Of a stretch of 64,000 bases of DNA, positions 49,861 to 60,945 are shown one piece after another. The stretch comes from Anaeromyxobacteraceae bacterium (GTDB lineage Bacteria; Myxococcota; Myxococcia; Myxococcales; Anaeromyxobacteraceae), in NCBI GenBank assembly GCA_047602405.1, contig JASGHJ010000001.1, forward strand, positions 2,176,001 to 2,240,000, given 5' to 3'. The translations under genes were made by a program, and so were the position numbers. The stretch's first letter is position 1. Each line of letters begins with the position of its first letter. The notes beneath the pieces are model-generated. The model had not been told where the DNA came from. It saw only the letters and a program-made list of their open reading frames with translations, and ran no database searches.

Positions 49861-50350
49861 GCCGACGACGCTCCCCCTCGATCCGCCGTTCGAACTCGTC
49901 CTCGTCTCGCCCCAGATCCCGCCCAACACCGGCAACGTCGCCCGCACCTGCGCCGTCACCGGCACCCGGCTCCACCTCGTCGGCCCGCTGGGCTTCCGCC
50001 TCGACGAGAAGGAGCTGCGGCGCGCGGGGCTCGACTACTGGAAGGACGTCTCGCCCCGGGTGTGGCCCGGCTGGCCGGAGTTTGAGGCCGGGGCGCTCCG
50101 CGGTCAAACGGAGAGGCTCCACCTCTTCACGGCCCGCGCGGAGCGGACGATCCTCGACGCCACCTTCGCTCCGGGTGACTTCCTCGTGTTCGGGCAGGAG
50201 CAGCTCGGGCTCCCCCCGGCCCTCCTCGACGCCTACCCGGCGCGCGCCCTGAGCATCCCGATGACCCCGGGGCAGCGCAGCCTCAACCTGGCCGTCGCGG
50301 CCGGGGTCGGGCTGTACGCGGCCGTGGCGGCGGCGAATCGCGCCCGGTGA
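49859..50350 (+). CDS. trmL: tRNA (cytidine(34)-2'-O)-methyltransferase
   Basis: PQIPPNTGN..R.C, PLGF, RRAGLDYW, FGQE..GL, RSLNLA. Confidence 0.93.
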   Translation: MPTTLPLDPPFELVLVSPQIPPNTGNVARTCAVTGTRLHLVGPLGFRLDEKELRRAGLDYWKDVSPRVWPGWPEFEAGALRGQTERLHLFTARAERTILDATFAPGDFLVFGQEQLGLPPALLDAYPARALSIPMTPGQRSLNLAVAAGVGLYAAVAAANRAR

Positions 50351-50375
50351 CGCTCCGTACTAAGATGACCGCCGC

Positions 50376-52038
50376 ATGGGCCTCCTCACCGACGCCGGCG
50401 AGCTCGCCCGGACCCCCCTCGCGGCGATCCTCCTCGAGGCGCTGAACGTCCGGGCCACCGGGGTCCTCGGAGATCACGCACGGCGGCGGCACCTCGCGCA
50501 TCTGGTTCCGCGAGGGCCGGCCGGTCGGCGCCGCCGTCTTCCAGGGCTTCCGGCCGCTCGGGCAGCTCCTCCTCGAGGCCGGGCTCATCGACATCGACGC
50601 GCTGTCCCGCTCGCTCGCCGGGATGGCCGAGTCCAGGCGGCCCCAGGGCGAGATCCTCGTCGAGATGGGCGCCTGCTCCCGCGCGGCCGTGGACGGCATG
50701 CTCGAGAAGCAGCAGGCGAGCTACTTCGACGCCATCGCCTCGCTCGACACGGGCACCTACGCCTTCCTCGCCGACGCGCCGGTCCCGGAGTGGACCCGGA
50801 GCTCCCGGCTCTCGCCGCTCCGGACCATCGTCGACGCGCTCGAGAAGCCGCAGGCGGCGGGCCTCGTCGCCTCCGCGCTCGAGGCGGTGGCGAGGGGCGG
50901 CGTGCGGCTCGCGACCGGCTACCCGGAGGTCGCCGACGGCTTCCGCTGGACCGCCGCCGAGCGCGACTGGGTGCGCCGCCTCGAGGTGCCGCTCACCCGG
51001 GACGAGGCGCTCGCGCCCTCCACGGTGCCCGACGCCCGCGCCCGGGTCATGCTCGCCGGCCTGCTCCTGCTCGGGCTCGCCGTCTCCGCCGCCGAGCAGC
51101 CGGTGCGGACCGGCGAGACCGTGGTGGGCCTGAAGGACATCGCCCTCGAGGAGCCCGAGGTGCCGGTCAACCCCGGCAAGCGCTCGGATCCGGTGGAGGC
51201 GCGGGCCCGCCGCCAGCGCCTCCTGCAGCAGGCGATGCGCAACATGGGCGTCGGCCCGTTCGCCCGGGCGGCGCCCCCGGCGCCGGGGCAGGCCCCGGCT
51301 CCGACCTCGACCCCCGCGCCGGTCGCGGCGGGCGGCGCGCGGCCCGCGCCGAGGGTCACCCCCGGCTCGCCCGAGGCGGAGCTCCGCAAGGCGCTCCTCG
51401 AGATCGCGCCGCGCGCGAAGGAGCGCGACCTCTTCGTGCGGCTCGGCCTCACCGACCGGGCCACCCGCGACGACGTGAAGAAGGCGTTCCTCGGCCTCGC
51501 GAAGCAGTTCCACCCCGACCGCTTCTCCGCACCGGCGCTCGCCGACCTCGGCGAGACGGTGAAGGACTTCTTCACCGCGGTGAACGAGGCCTACGAGACG
51601 CTCTCCGACGACCGGCGGCGCGCCGAGTACCTCGCCCACGCGAAGTCGGGCTCCCGGGCGGCGGCCTCCGAGGCGGCCCGCATCGACTTCCAGAAGGGGG
51701 AGGCGTGCCTGCGGACCCGGGACTGGATGCGCGCCCGCGGATTCTTCGAGGCCGCGGTGCGGCAGGACCCGCGCGCCGAGCACCTCGCCGCCCTCGCCTA
51801 CGTCTACGTCGCGAACCCGACCTCGAAGGATCGCGAGAAGGCGCGCCTCCTCCTCGACGAGGCGGTGCGCGACGCCACCTGCGACCGCGCCTTCTACGTC
51901 GCCGGTATCCTCGCCCGCGACGAGAAGGACGAGGCGAAGGCCGAGAAGATGTTCAAGCAGGCCATCCAGATCAACGGCCGGAACGCCGACGCGCTCCGCG
52001 AGCTCCGGCTCATCGAGGGGCGCAAGGGCGCGCGCTGA
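50376..52038 (+). CDS. DUF4388-like + DnaJ (HPD) + TPR protein, frameshifted near 50469
   Basis: Removing one G restores TGVLEITHGGG..WFREGR; KQFHPDRF J-domain; TPRs. Confidence 0.8.
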
Positions 52039-52040
52039 CC

Positions 52041-52913
52041 GTGCCGCGCCGCACCGCTCGCCCGCCCGCGCCGCCGCCTCGCGTCCGGGCCCTCGCCGCC
52101 CTCGCGATCGTCGCCACCCTCGTGCCGGTGGGCGCCGCCCGCGCGTGGGGCCCCGACGGCCACGTCGTCGTGACCGCAGTGGCGGAGGCGCGGCTCTCGC
52201 CCGAGGCCCGCGCGCTCGTCGCCGAGGCCGCCGGCGGCGCCGCGCTCTCCGACCCCGACCTCGCCACCTGGGCCGACCGGAACCGCGACCGCGCCACCGC
52301 CCGCTGGCACTACGTGAACATCCCGTTCGGCTCGACCTACGACCCCGCCCGCGACTGCCCGCGCGGCGACTGCGCGGTCGCCGCCATCGGGCGGGCCCGG
52401 GAGGCGCTCGCGGGCGCGCGCGACCCCGCGGCCCGCCTCGAGGCCCTGCGCTGGCTCGTGCACCTCGTCGCCGACCTCCACCAGCCGGTGCACGCGGGCG
52501 ACGGCTTCGACCGCGGCGGCAACGAGCTCCGCGTCCGGGTGGGCAACCGGCGGGAGCCGACGAACCTGCACAAGGTGCTCGACGGCGAGACGGTGAAGGC
52601 GGTGCTGCGCGGGCGCCCCGCCCGCGAGGTCGGCCGCGCGCTCGCGGCCCGCCTCGACCCGGCGCAGGCGCGGGCCTGGGCGGCCGAGCTCGATCCGGCC
52701 GCCTGGGCGAACGCGTCGAGCAGAGAGGCCCAGGACATCTACCGCGACCTCGGGCTCACGCCCCGGACCCGCGCGATCGTGGCGCTCCCGCGCGGCTGGA
52801 CCGACGCGTGGCGCGCGCGCACGGAGGCGGCCCTCCTCGCGGCGGGCGTGCGGCTCGCCGCCCTGCTCGACGCCGCCGCGCGCGAGTCCGCGGCCCGCCC
52901 CGTCACTCGATGA
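52041..52913 (+). CDS. S1/P1 nuclease, secreted
   Basis: Signal peptide then WGPDGH, WAD, WHYVN, HLVADLHQPVH, NLH..D. Confidence 0.92.
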   Translation: MPRRTARPPAPPPRVRALAALAIVATLVPVGAARAWGPDGHVVVTAVAEARLSPEARALVAEAAGGAALSDPDLATWADRNRDRATARWHYVNIPFGSTYDPARDCPRGDCAVAAIGRAREALAGARDPAARLEALRWLVHLVADLHQPVHAGDGFDRGGNELRVRVGNRREPTNLHKVLDGETVKAVLRGRPAREVGRALAARLDPAQARAWAAELDPAAWANASSREAQDIYRDLGLTPRTRAIVALPRGWTDAWRARTEAALLAAGVRLAALLDAAARESAARPVTR

Positions 52914-55134
52914 CGAGGATGCGGCCGGGCCGCTGCATCGTCACGTAGAGCTTCTCGCCCGAGGGGTCGAACGCGGCCCCCGTGACCTGGCCGATCACCG
53001 GGACGGTCGCGACCCGCGGCATGCCCGCGTCGGGATCGGCCGACCAGATCACGACCGAGGTGTTCTCGCTGAAGGGCTGGCTCTCCCAGGAGACGAACGT
53101 GCGGCCGTTGGGCGACACGGCGAGGATCTGGTTGAGGTAGTCGCCGAGCGGGATGTCCTGCACCTGGGTCAGCCCGTCGTCGAGCTCGACCGCGTGGTCC
53201 TGGTCGCCGTCCCAGTAGAACGCCCAGAGCGTGCCGCCGAGCACCGCCGCGCCGTCGAGGGCGCCCGGCGCGGACCAGGTGGCGGTCGGCGCGCCGGCCT
53301 TCGCCGCGAGCTCCGTCCAGCGCAGGACGCTCGCGGCCGCCGGCTGGTTCACCGCCGCCCAGACCCCGCCCGCGGGGTGGAGCCCCATGCTGCGGAAGAG
53401 CGCCCCGGGGAGCGCGGTGAGGTGGGTGGCGCCGCCCGACACGATGGTGACGAGGCCGTCTCCGGTCCCGGCGTAGTAGTCGGTCGGCCCGTCCTGCCCG
53501 AGCTGGACGAAGCTCGTGAGGTCGAACTTGCCGAGCCCCTTCTCGCGCAGGGCGAGGTAGCCGCCCTGGATGCCGGGCACGATCCCGATGGCGTCCGGGA
53601 CGTCGAGGTAGAGGGGGTAGAAGGAGACGAGGCTGCTCTTCGCCTCGAGCGGCACCTCGAGGAGCCCGTAGGGGAAGTAGGTCACGAGCAGGAGGGCGGG
53701 GACCGGCTGGTCGACGCCGTAGACGTCCTGGAGGTTCGTGAACCAGGCGCCGGTGTCGGTCCACATGACGCCCTGCACGCCGAAGCCGTCGTCGCGGCCC
53801 GGCAGCGCGTCGAACGAGCGCCGCGAGAGGAGCTTCCCGTCGGAGAGGCTGCGCAGCTCGACGAGGTCGTCGGCGTCGCCGGCGACGTGGACGATCCCGT
53901 CCTCGACCGCCATGCGCGCCGCACGCGGCACCGAGGCGGCCCAGTTGATGGCGCCGGTCACGACGTCGACCGACACCAGCAGATCGTCGGCCGTCTTCGC
54001 GACGAGGACGGTCGAGCCACCGGCGCAGGTCAGGCTCTGCGCGGGCGTCGCGGAGCCGGTCGAGATCGAGGCCTCGCCGAGCGCGCCGCCCGTGTCGAGG
54101 TCGGACACGAGGAGCCGGCCGTCCGCCCGGCCCACCACCGCCACGTGGTGGCCGGCCGCGCCGATCGCGACGCAGATCGGGTCGTCCTCCTCGAGGTCGA
54201 AGTCGTTGTGGTGGAGGGCGCCGGTCGCGGGCACGAGCGTCGTGACGGTGGCCCCGTTGACGAGGGCGAGCTTCCCGGGCTCGCCGGCGAGCCCGTCGTG
54301 GTAGACGCAGGCGAGGCGGTTGCCCGTCGCGTCGTCGCAGCCGTGCGGCACGGCGACCGTGGGGAGGTTGTTCCCGCCGACGAGGGCGAGCGTGGTCGCG
54401 TCGTGGAGCGTGACCGACGACTGCGCGGTGTCCGTCGACCGCCGCACGACCGCCACCCGGTTCGTCGAGGGCATCGCCACGAGGTGCACCGGCTGGCCGC
54501 TCGCGATGGCGCCCGCCGTGTAGGTCTCGGCGTCGGTGGCGAGGTCCACGCGCGTGAGCCGGTACCCGGTCGGCGTGCCCGAGTCCTCGTAGAACACCAC
54601 GGTGTCGCTCGCCGGGAAGCCGACCGCGGACTGCTCCGTCGACCGGACCCAGTCCGGCCGGCCGTAGCGAAGGAGTCCGACCACGAGGTCGGAGTCCACG
54701 AGCGTCTCCCCGTGCGAGGCGATCACCCGGTACGGCTTGTGGAGGAGCGGGATCTCGTAGGCGGCCTGCCGCGTGCGGAGCTCGCCGAGGCCGAGGTAGC
54801 CGAACGGGCCGGCGGGGGTCGAGGTGCCGCGCGAGGTCGCGACCGTGAACTTGCCCGTGCCGGCGTCGGCGGGGACGTGGAGGAGGAGCCCGCCCGAGGT
54901 CGAGAAGCCCTCGCCGCGCGCCGAGGTCGACGCGAACTGCACGAGGTTGCCCGTCGGATCCTGCGCGAACCCGGCGCCCGCGATCTCGACCACCTCGCCG
55001 GCGTACGCGGAGGCCGGGGTGATGGAGGTGAGCGTCGGCCCGCCGGCCTCGGCCGGGAGGTCGAGGTCCCGGGAGCACCCGGCGATGGCGAGGAGCGCCA
55101 GGGCCATGGCGACCCGGGGGAGGTGATGGGCCAT
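52903..55134 (-). CDS. Lipoprotein with IPT/TIG domain and probable beta-propeller
   Basis: Lipobox IAGC; LTSITP..G..V.I.G.GF IPT motif; beta-rich repeats. Confidence 0.7.
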   Translation of the reverse strand: MAHHLPRVAMALALLAIAGCSRDLDLPAEAGGPTLTSITPASAYAGEVVEIAGAGFAQDPTGNLVQFASTSARGEGFSTSGGLLLHVPADAGTGKFTVATSRGTSTPAGPFGYLGLGELRTRQAAYEIPLLHKPYRVIASHGETLVDSDLVVGLLRYGRPDWVRSTEQSAVGFPASDTVVFYEDSGTPTGYRLTRVDLATDAETYTAGAIASGQPVHLVAMPSTNRVAVVRRSTDTAQSSVTLHDATTLALVGGNNLPTVAVPHGCDDATGNRLACVYHDGLAGEPGKLALVNGATVTTLVPATGALHHNDFDLEEDDPICVAIGAAGHHVAVVGRADGRLLVSDLDTGGALGEASISTGSATPAQSLTCAGGSTVLVAKTADDLLVSVDVVTGAINWAASVPRAARMAVEDGIVHVAGDADDLVELRSLSDGKLLSRRSFDALPGRDDGFGVQGVMWTDTGAWFTNLQDVYGVDQPVPALLLVTYFPYGLLEVPLEAKSSLVSFYPLYLDVPDAIGIVPGIQGGYLALREKGLGKFDLTSFVQLGQDGPTDYYAGTGDGLVTIVSGGATHLTALPGALFRSMGLHPAGGVWAAVNQPAAASVLRWTELAAKAGAPTATWSAPGALDGAAVLGGTLWAFYWDGDQDHAVELDDGLTQVQDIPLGDYLNQILAVSPNGRTFVSWESQPFSENTSVVIWSADPDAGMPRVATVPVIGQVTGAAFDPSGEKLYVTMQRPGRILVIE

Positions 55135-55217
55135 CCGGCGAGCATACAGGAGCCCCCCCGGCCGGGCGCACGCGCCCGGTGGGTCTGCCGGCCTGCCGGG
55201 CGCTCGCCGCGAACGAC

Positions 55218-55355
55218 TCAGCGCGGCGGCGGCGCCACGCCGTCGTCCTTGCCCTCGGCGGGCGGCCACTTCTTGAACACCGTGTAGAACAGCGCGATGA
55301 CGAGCGCGCCCGCGACGAGCCCGTACGCCCAGCCGTTCGACTGGAAGACCTCCAT
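55218..55355 (-). CDS. Small single-TM membrane protein (45 aa)
   Basis: Clean ORF with a hydrophobic helix followed by KK. Confidence 0.55.
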   Translation of the reverse strand: MEVFQSNGWAYGLVAGALVIALFYTVFKKWPPAEGKDDGVAPPPR

Positions 55356-55432
55356 GGACGGCACGGTGGCCACCGGCCGTCCCGCGCGCGAGGGGCCCCG
55401 CATCGGTCGCGTCCGGGTGTACCCTCCCGACC

Positions 55433-56506
55433 TTGCGCTTCGGTCACCTGGGCATCGAGGTCGAGGACCTCTTCGCGATGGAGCAGTTCTACCGGGCCGC
55501 GCTCGGCCTCGAGCTGCGCTACCGGTACGTCTCCCGGAACACCCCCGGCCTCAGGACCGTGATGCTCGGCCGCGACGGGCTCGAGCTCGAGCTCCTCTCG
55601 CGCCCGCGGGCGCCCGCCGGTGCGCCCGCCCGGAGCGCCGGACACCTCTCGGTCGCCGTCGAGGACGTGGACGCCGCGTTCGCGCGCCTCGCCGCCCTCG
55701 GCCTCCTCGGCGCCGGCTTCGAGCCGCCGCGCGACACCGGCGACGGCTTCCGGGAGGCCATGCTGCGCGACCCGGAGGGCAACGTCCTCGAGCTCTCCGC
55801 GCGCATCCGGCCCCCGCCCGCGGTCCCGGTCCGGGCCCTCATCTTCGACCTCGACGGCACGCTCGTCGACTCCGAGCCGAACTACTACCTCGCCGATCGC
55901 GACCTGCTCGCGCGCCGCGGCATCACCTTCACCGAGGAGGACAAGGCGCGGTACGTCGGCGGCGGCAACCTCGACATGATGATCGACGTGCGACGCCGCT
56001 ACGGGCTGCCCGAGCGCCCCGAGGCGCTCGTCGAGGAGAAGAACGCGATCTACCTCGCGCTCGCCGAGCGGAGCACGCCCGTGTACCCCGGCATGCGCCG
56101 CCTGCTCGACCTCGCCCGCGAGGCGGGGCTCCGGGTCGCCGTCGCGTCGGGCACCTCGCCCGCGGTGCTCTCCCGCGTCCTCGAGGTCACCGGCCTCGGC
56201 GCGGCGCTGCCGGTCGTCGTCTCCGCGGAGGAGGTCGCCCGCGGGAAGCCCTCGCCGCTCATCTTCCTGGAGACCGCCCGCCGCCTCGACGTGCCGCCCG
56301 AGGCCTGCGCCGTCGTGGAGGACTCGCGCCCGGGCGTCGAGGCGGCGCTCCGCGCCTTCATGCGCTGCATCGCCGTGCCCTACCTCCCGGCCCGGCCGCT
56401 CCACCCGACCTTCGGGCTCGCCGATCTCCTCTTCGAGGGCGGCATGGAGACGTTCGACCCCGACCGCGCCATGGCGTGGCTCGCGGGCGTCGGCCGCAGC
56501 TCCTAG
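55433..56506 (+). CDS. VOC/glyoxalase - HAD phosphatase fusion
   Basis: HLGIEV..DPEGNVLEL; FDLDGTLVDS, KPSP, VEDS. Confidence 0.88.
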   Translation: MRFGHLGIEVEDLFAMEQFYRAALGLELRYRYVSRNTPGLRTVMLGRDGLELELLSRPRAPAGAPARSAGHLSVAVEDVDAAFARLAALGLLGAGFEPPRDTGDGFREAMLRDPEGNVLELSARIRPPPAVPVRALIFDLDGTLVDSEPNYYLADRDLLARRGITFTEEDKARYVGGGNLDMMIDVRRRYGLPERPEALVEEKNAIYLALAERSTPVYPGMRRLLDLAREAGLRVAVASGTSPAVLSRVLEVTGLGAALPVVVSAEEVARGKPSPLIFLETARRLDVPPEACAVVEDSRPGVEAALRAFMRCIAVPYLPARPLHPTFGLADLLFEGGMETFDPDRAMAWLAGVGRSS

Positions 56507-57966
56507 GCGGGCGCGGCCGGCAGCGTGACCCGGGCCCGCGTGCCGCCGTCCGGTCCGGGCTCCACCTCGATGCGGCCGCCCAGGGCGGTCACGATCCCGT
56601 GGCACACCGAGAGCCCGAGCCCGGCGGCGGCGCCGGTGCGCCTCGTGAAGAAGGGCTCGAAGAGGTGGGGCAGGTCGGCAGGGTCGACGCCGCGCCCGGT
56701 GTCCTCGATCTCCACCACCACCTCGCGGCCGTCCGACCGGGTGCGCACGCGGATCTCGTTCCGCTCCGGAGCGCCCGGCGGGATCGCCTCCGCCGCGTTG
56801 CCCAGCAGGCCCACGAGCACCTGGGCGAGGCGGGCCGGGTCGGAGGCCGCCGGGTGCGAGGCGCACAGGTCCCGCGTCACCTGCGCGCGGTGCTTCACCT
56901 CGTGCCTCACCAGCGTGAGCGCCGACTCGAGCACTTCGTGCACGTCGGCCCGCCCGGTCGAGCCGGGCCGCTCCTCGCGCGCGAAGGTGCCGAGGTCCCG
57001 CACGATGCCGCGGATCCGCCCGGCGCTCTCGCCGATCTCGCCGAGCGCGGCGGCCGCCTCCGAGCCGGCGCCGGGGCCGAGCCGCTCCACCTCGGCCTTC
57101 GCGAACAGCGCGTTCCCGAGGATGGACGCGAGCGGGTTGTTGATCTCGTGGGCCACCCCGGCGGCGAGCCGCCCCAGGGCCGCGAGCCGGTCCGCCCGGG
57201 CGAGCGCGAGGTGCGCCGTCGCGAGCTCCCGGCCCCGCGCCTCGACCTGGGCCTCGAGCCGCGTGGAGAGCGCGGCGAGCTCGCGGGCGTCGCGCACGAG
57301 GCGCGCGGCCATCTCTCCGACCACCGCGAGCAGGCAGGAGAGGAACCCGAGCTCCATCACGTACGGACCGTGCACGACCTGGGCGGCCACGAGCGTCTCG
57401 GCCACGGCCGTGCCGGCGAGCACGGCGAAGCCGGCCGCGTGGGCCCGCGCCCCGGGCACGCCCTCCCGGGCGGCGCGCAGGTAGCGCACCGCGGGCACCG
57501 CGACGGAGGCCATCACGAGCAGGAACACCGCCACCCCGCCCGGCGTCGGGTCGGCGGTGCGGTACGTGACGCCCAGCCAGGCCACCGTGTGGCGGTGGAC
57601 GGTGGGGGCGGCGAGCGCCCCCGGCCACCACGCGAGCGCGCTCGCGGAGAGGAGGAGCCCGACGCGGAGCCGGTCGAGGCGCCCGCCGCCGAGGGGCCGG
57701 CCGGTCCGGGCGCTGTAGAGCACCCAGAGCGCGACGTGGAGGGTCGCGGCGGAGAGGCTGAGCTGGCTCGCCGCCAGGATGGCGCGGTCCGAGACGGCGA
57801 GGGTCTGCGGGACGTCGGAGGCGGAGTAGAGCGCGGCGCTCCAGGCGACGAGCGCGAAGAGGCGCAGGTGGCGCCAGCCGGGCGCCGCCGAGAAGGCGAG
57901 GCACAGGGCGCCGAGGACGAGCTCGAGGGCGAGCGCGCCGAGGCTGATCGCGGCGGGGAGCGTCAA
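56503..57966 (-). CDS. Membrane sensor histidine kinase
   Basis: Multiple TMs, GVAHEINNP, DTGRG, FEPFFT, GLGL. Confidence 0.9.
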   Translation of the reverse strand: MTLPAAISLGALALELVLGALCLAFSAAPGWRHLRLFALVAWSAALYSASDVPQTLAVSDRAILAASQLSLSAATLHVALWVLYSARTGRPLGGGRLDRLRVGLLLSASALAWWPGALAAPTVHRHTVAWLGVTYRTADPTPGGVAVFLLVMASVAVPAVRYLRAAREGVPGARAHAAGFAVLAGTAVAETLVAAQVVHGPYVMELGFLSCLLAVVGEMAARLVRDARELAALSTRLEAQVEARGRELATAHLALARADRLAALGRLAAGVAHEINNPLASILGNALFAKAEVERLGPGAGSEAAAALGEIGESAGRIRGIVRDLGTFAREERPGSTGRADVHEVLESALTLVRHEVKHRAQVTRDLCASHPAASDPARLAQVLVGLLGNAAEAIPPGAPERNEIRVRTRSDGREVVVEIEDTGRGVDPADLPHLFEPFFTRRTGAAAGLGLSVCHGIVTALGGRIEVEPGPDGGTRARVTLPAAPA

Positions 57967-58139
57967 GCCGCGCGGACGCTAGCACGCGCGATCCGGCCCG
58001 GCGCCGGGTCGCGCCGCCCCCAGGCCGTACGGTCCGGTGCACCCGCGCACCGTCGCCTTGACGAAGGCTCCTTTCTGGGGCCTCATGGCCGGGGCGGCGC
58101 CGCGGCGGACCGCCCGAAATCGCGCGGAAAGGCCAGCAC

Positions 58140-60806
58140 TTGGCAAAGCAGCACCTGCTCCTCGTCGACTCCGACCCGAAGTCGCTCCGGGTGATGGAGG
58201 TCTCGCTCAAGAAGGCGGGCTTCTCCGTCACCACGGCGGTGAACGGAAAGGACGCGCTCGAGAAGGCCTCGATCTCCCCGCCCGACCTCATCCTCTCCGA
58301 CACGAAGATGCCGGAGATGGACGGCTTCGAGCTGTGCCGGCGGCTCAAGGAGGACGACCGCTACCGCGGCACGCCGTTCATCTTCCTGACCGGCCAGAAG
58401 TCGGTCGAGTACAAGGTGAAGGGCCTCGAGCTGGGCGTCGAGGACTACCTGACGAAGCCCATCTACATCAAGGAGATCGTCACCCGCGTGAAGATCCTTC
58501 TCCAGAAGCGGGAGAAGGAGCGGCTCGAGAAGAAGGACCTCAAGGCGAGCTTCAGCGGGAACCTCTCCGACATGGGCGTCGTGGACCTCGTCCAGACGCT
58601 CGAGATGGGAAAGAAGTCCGGCGCGCTCCACGTGAAGAACAAGACCGGCGCCGAGGCGGTCTGCTACTTCCGCGAGGGCCGCGTCGTCGACGCCGAGCTC
58701 GGCAAGGTCGGCGGTGACCAGGCGTTCTACCGCCTCCTCAACTGGCAGGACGGCGAGTTCGCGATCGAGTTCAAGCCCATCGAGCGGGAGGAGCGCATCC
58801 CGGTCTCGACGCAGGGCCTCCTCATGGAGGGCATGCGCCGCATCGACGAGTGGGGGCGCATCGTCGAGCAGCTGCCCGCGCTCGACAAGACCTTCGAGAT
58901 CGACACGACGCTGCTCGCCGACCGGCTCGCCGAGATCCCCGACGACGTGAACGCGCTGCTCCGGCTCTTCGACGGCCGCCGCACGCTCGAGCGCGTCATC
59001 GAGGAGGCCGACTACGACGACCTCGCCGCCGCCGGGATCATCTCGAAGCTCTTCTTCGAGGGGATCATCAAGGAGGCGGTGCCGGGGCTCCCGTCGCCGG
59101 AGCTGCCCGCGCGGCAGGCCGCCTCGCCGGCCGAGCCGGGCCGCGCCGAGGCGACGCCCGAGCCCGAGGGCGTGGACTGGTTCGCGGGCCCGGTCGGCAA
59201 GCAGGAGCCGGAGCCGCCATCACCGCCGCCGCCGCCGTCGCCGCGCCGCCCGGCGCCGCCCGCGCCCCCGGCCGCGCAGCGCCCGAGCGACGCGAAGGTG
59301 CTGCCCTTCAAGCGCGAGGGCGGCGCGCCCCCGCCCCCGGCCGCGCCCGCCTTCAAGCCCTCGCAGTTCTCGATGCCGCTGCCGCCGCCGGGCTCGCTCC
59401 CCCCGCCGCCGTCGCTCGGCCGGGGCCGCCCCGCCGCGCCTCCGCCCCCGGTCGCGCGGCCGGCCGTCCCGCCTCCCGTCGCGCCACCGGTGCGCGCGGC
59501 GCCGCCGCCTCCTCGGCCCGTGCTCGCGCCGCCGGAGGGCGTCGAGCCGGAGCCGTCGGGCGAGGTGCCCCACGCGGCCGAGGCGCCCGGCGCCGGGACC
59601 GCAAGCCCGTTCGACCTCCACGCCGCGCCCTCCGCGGGCACGCCGCCTGCGCTGGAGGCACTGTTCGAGGAAGCCGTGGCCGCGGTCGGTGCCTCGGCGT
59701 CGAGCGCCACCGCGCAGCCGGAGTCCGGGGCCGCGCCGGGGGAGGCGCCGGTCGCCGAGGTCCCGGTGCGGGTCGACGACGACGACGAGCCCGCCGCGCC
59801 CCCCGTGCGCGCGGCGCCCGCCCGCGAGGACGACTCCGACGTCGCGCCGGTCGAGGTGGACGCGCCCGAGGAGACACCGGTCGAGGTCGACGAGCCGGCG
59901 CCGCCGCCGCGGCCCGCGCCGGCGCCATCGCCCCCGGTGCGCAGGACCGCCGCCGCGATGCCCGCCGCGCAGGCCTCGCCCCCGCCCTCGCAGATCGCCA
60001 CGAGCGCCGTGCCGCTCGCCCGCACCGCCGCGCGCGCGACGAAGGGCGCCGACCTCGAGGACGAGGACCTCGCGGCCGTCAAGAAGGGCGCGCCGACCGG
60101 CCTCCTCATCGCGATCGCCCTCGTGCTCCTCGCCGCCGCCGCCGCGGGCGCCTGGTGGGCGGGGCTCGTTCCGGGGTTCTCACCGCAGCCGCCCTCTCCG
60201 CCCGCCCCCGCGCAGGAGGCGAGGGCCGCGCCGGCGCCGGCTGCCACGCCGACGGCGGAGGCGCAGCCCACGTCCGCCGTGCAGCCTGCCGCCGCGGCCG
60301 AGCCGGAGAGGCCGGCCGAGGGCGCCGCGCAGGCCGCGCCGCCCGCGGAGAACCCGGCCGAGCCGCCGCCCGCCCCGGCCCCGGAGCCGGCCGCCGTGGC
60401 GCCCTCGCCGGAGCGGCCGGCCGCGGAGCCGCCGCGCGCCGCGAGCGCGGAGGCCGACTACCGCAAGCTCCTCGCCTCCGCCGGCCGCAAGTACGAGCTC
60501 GGGCGGTTCAACGAGGCCATCGCCGACTACAAGCGCGCCCTCGCGGTGAAGCCGACCGCGGCCGCCCGCACCGGCCTCGCCCGTGCCCTCTACGACGCGA
60601 ACCGCACGGACGAGGCGGTCCGCGAGGCGAAGGTCGCGCTCGACGAGGACCCGAGGTACGCGCCCGCGTGGCTCATGCTCGGCGAGCTCAACCAGGCGCA
60701 GGGCAAGAAGGCCGCGGCGAAGACCGCCTACGAGAAGTTCCTCGCGCTCTCGCCGAAGGGCGAGCAGGCGCGCGCCGTCCGCGAGATCCTCTCGAAGCTG
60801 AGGTAG
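58140..60806 (+). CDS. Receiver + DUF4388-like + Pro-rich linker + TM + TPR protein
   Basis: LLVD..SD..MP.MDG..TKP; FSGNL.DM...DLVQ; TM; C-terminal TPRs. Confidence 0.85.
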   Translation: MAKQHLLLVDSDPKSLRVMEVSLKKAGFSVTTAVNGKDALEKASISPPDLILSDTKMPEMDGFELCRRLKEDDRYRGTPFIFLTGQKSVEYKVKGLELGVEDYLTKPIYIKEIVTRVKILLQKREKERLEKKDLKASFSGNLSDMGVVDLVQTLEMGKKSGALHVKNKTGAEAVCYFREGRVVDAELGKVGGDQAFYRLLNWQDGEFAIEFKPIEREERIPVSTQGLLMEGMRRIDEWGRIVEQLPALDKTFEIDTTLLADRLAEIPDDVNALLRLFDGRRTLERVIEEADYDDLAAAGIISKLFFEGIIKEAVPGLPSPELPARQAASPAEPGRAEATPEPEGVDWFAGPVGKQEPEPPSPPPPPSPRRPAPPAPPAAQRPSDAKVLPFKREGGAPPPPAAPAFKPSQFSMPLPPPGSLPPPPSLGRGRPAAPPPPVARPAVPPPVAPPVRAAPPPPRPVLAPPEGVEPEPSGEVPHAAEAPGAGTASPFDLHAAPSAGTPPALEALFEEAVAAVGASASSATAQPESGAAPGEAPVAEVPVRVDDDDEPAAPPVRAAPAREDDSDVAPVEVDAPEETPVEVDEPAPPPRPAPAPSPPVRRTAAAMPAAQASPPPSQIATSAVPLARTAARATKGADLEDEDLAAVKKGAPTGLLIAIALVLLAAAAAGAWWAGLVPGFSPQPPSPPAPAQEARAAPAPAATPTAEAQPTSAVQPAAAAEPERPAEGAAQAAPPAENPAEPPPAPAPEPAAVAPSPERPAAEPPRAASAEADYRKLLASAGRKYELGRFNEAIADYKRALAVKPTAAARTGLARALYDANRTDEAVREAKVALDEDPRYAPAWLMLGELNQAQGKKAAAKTAYEKFLALSPKGEQARAVREILSKLR

Positions 60807-60843
60807 GCGCGGGCCGCCCGTCCGCGCTAGAACCCGGCTCCTC

Positions 60844-60945
60844 ATGCGCGTCCTCGCGATCGAGACCTCCTGCGACGAGGCTGGGCTTCGCAGGGGGCAT
60901 CCCCCCGCACCCCCCGCCGTCTCGTCGCATCCGGAGGCGCCGTGA
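60844..60945 (+). other. 33-aa mini-ORF duplicating the TsaD N-terminus (MRVLAIETSCDE), coupled to tsaD
   Basis: 36-nt recoded copy of the tsaD start; its TGA overlaps the tsaD GTG. Confidence 0.7.

Noticed and set aside
50376..52913. 845-aa ORF joining the J-domain gene start to the S1/P1 nuclease
   Set aside because: Artifact of the frameshift near 50469; the nuclease has its own start and signal peptide at 52041
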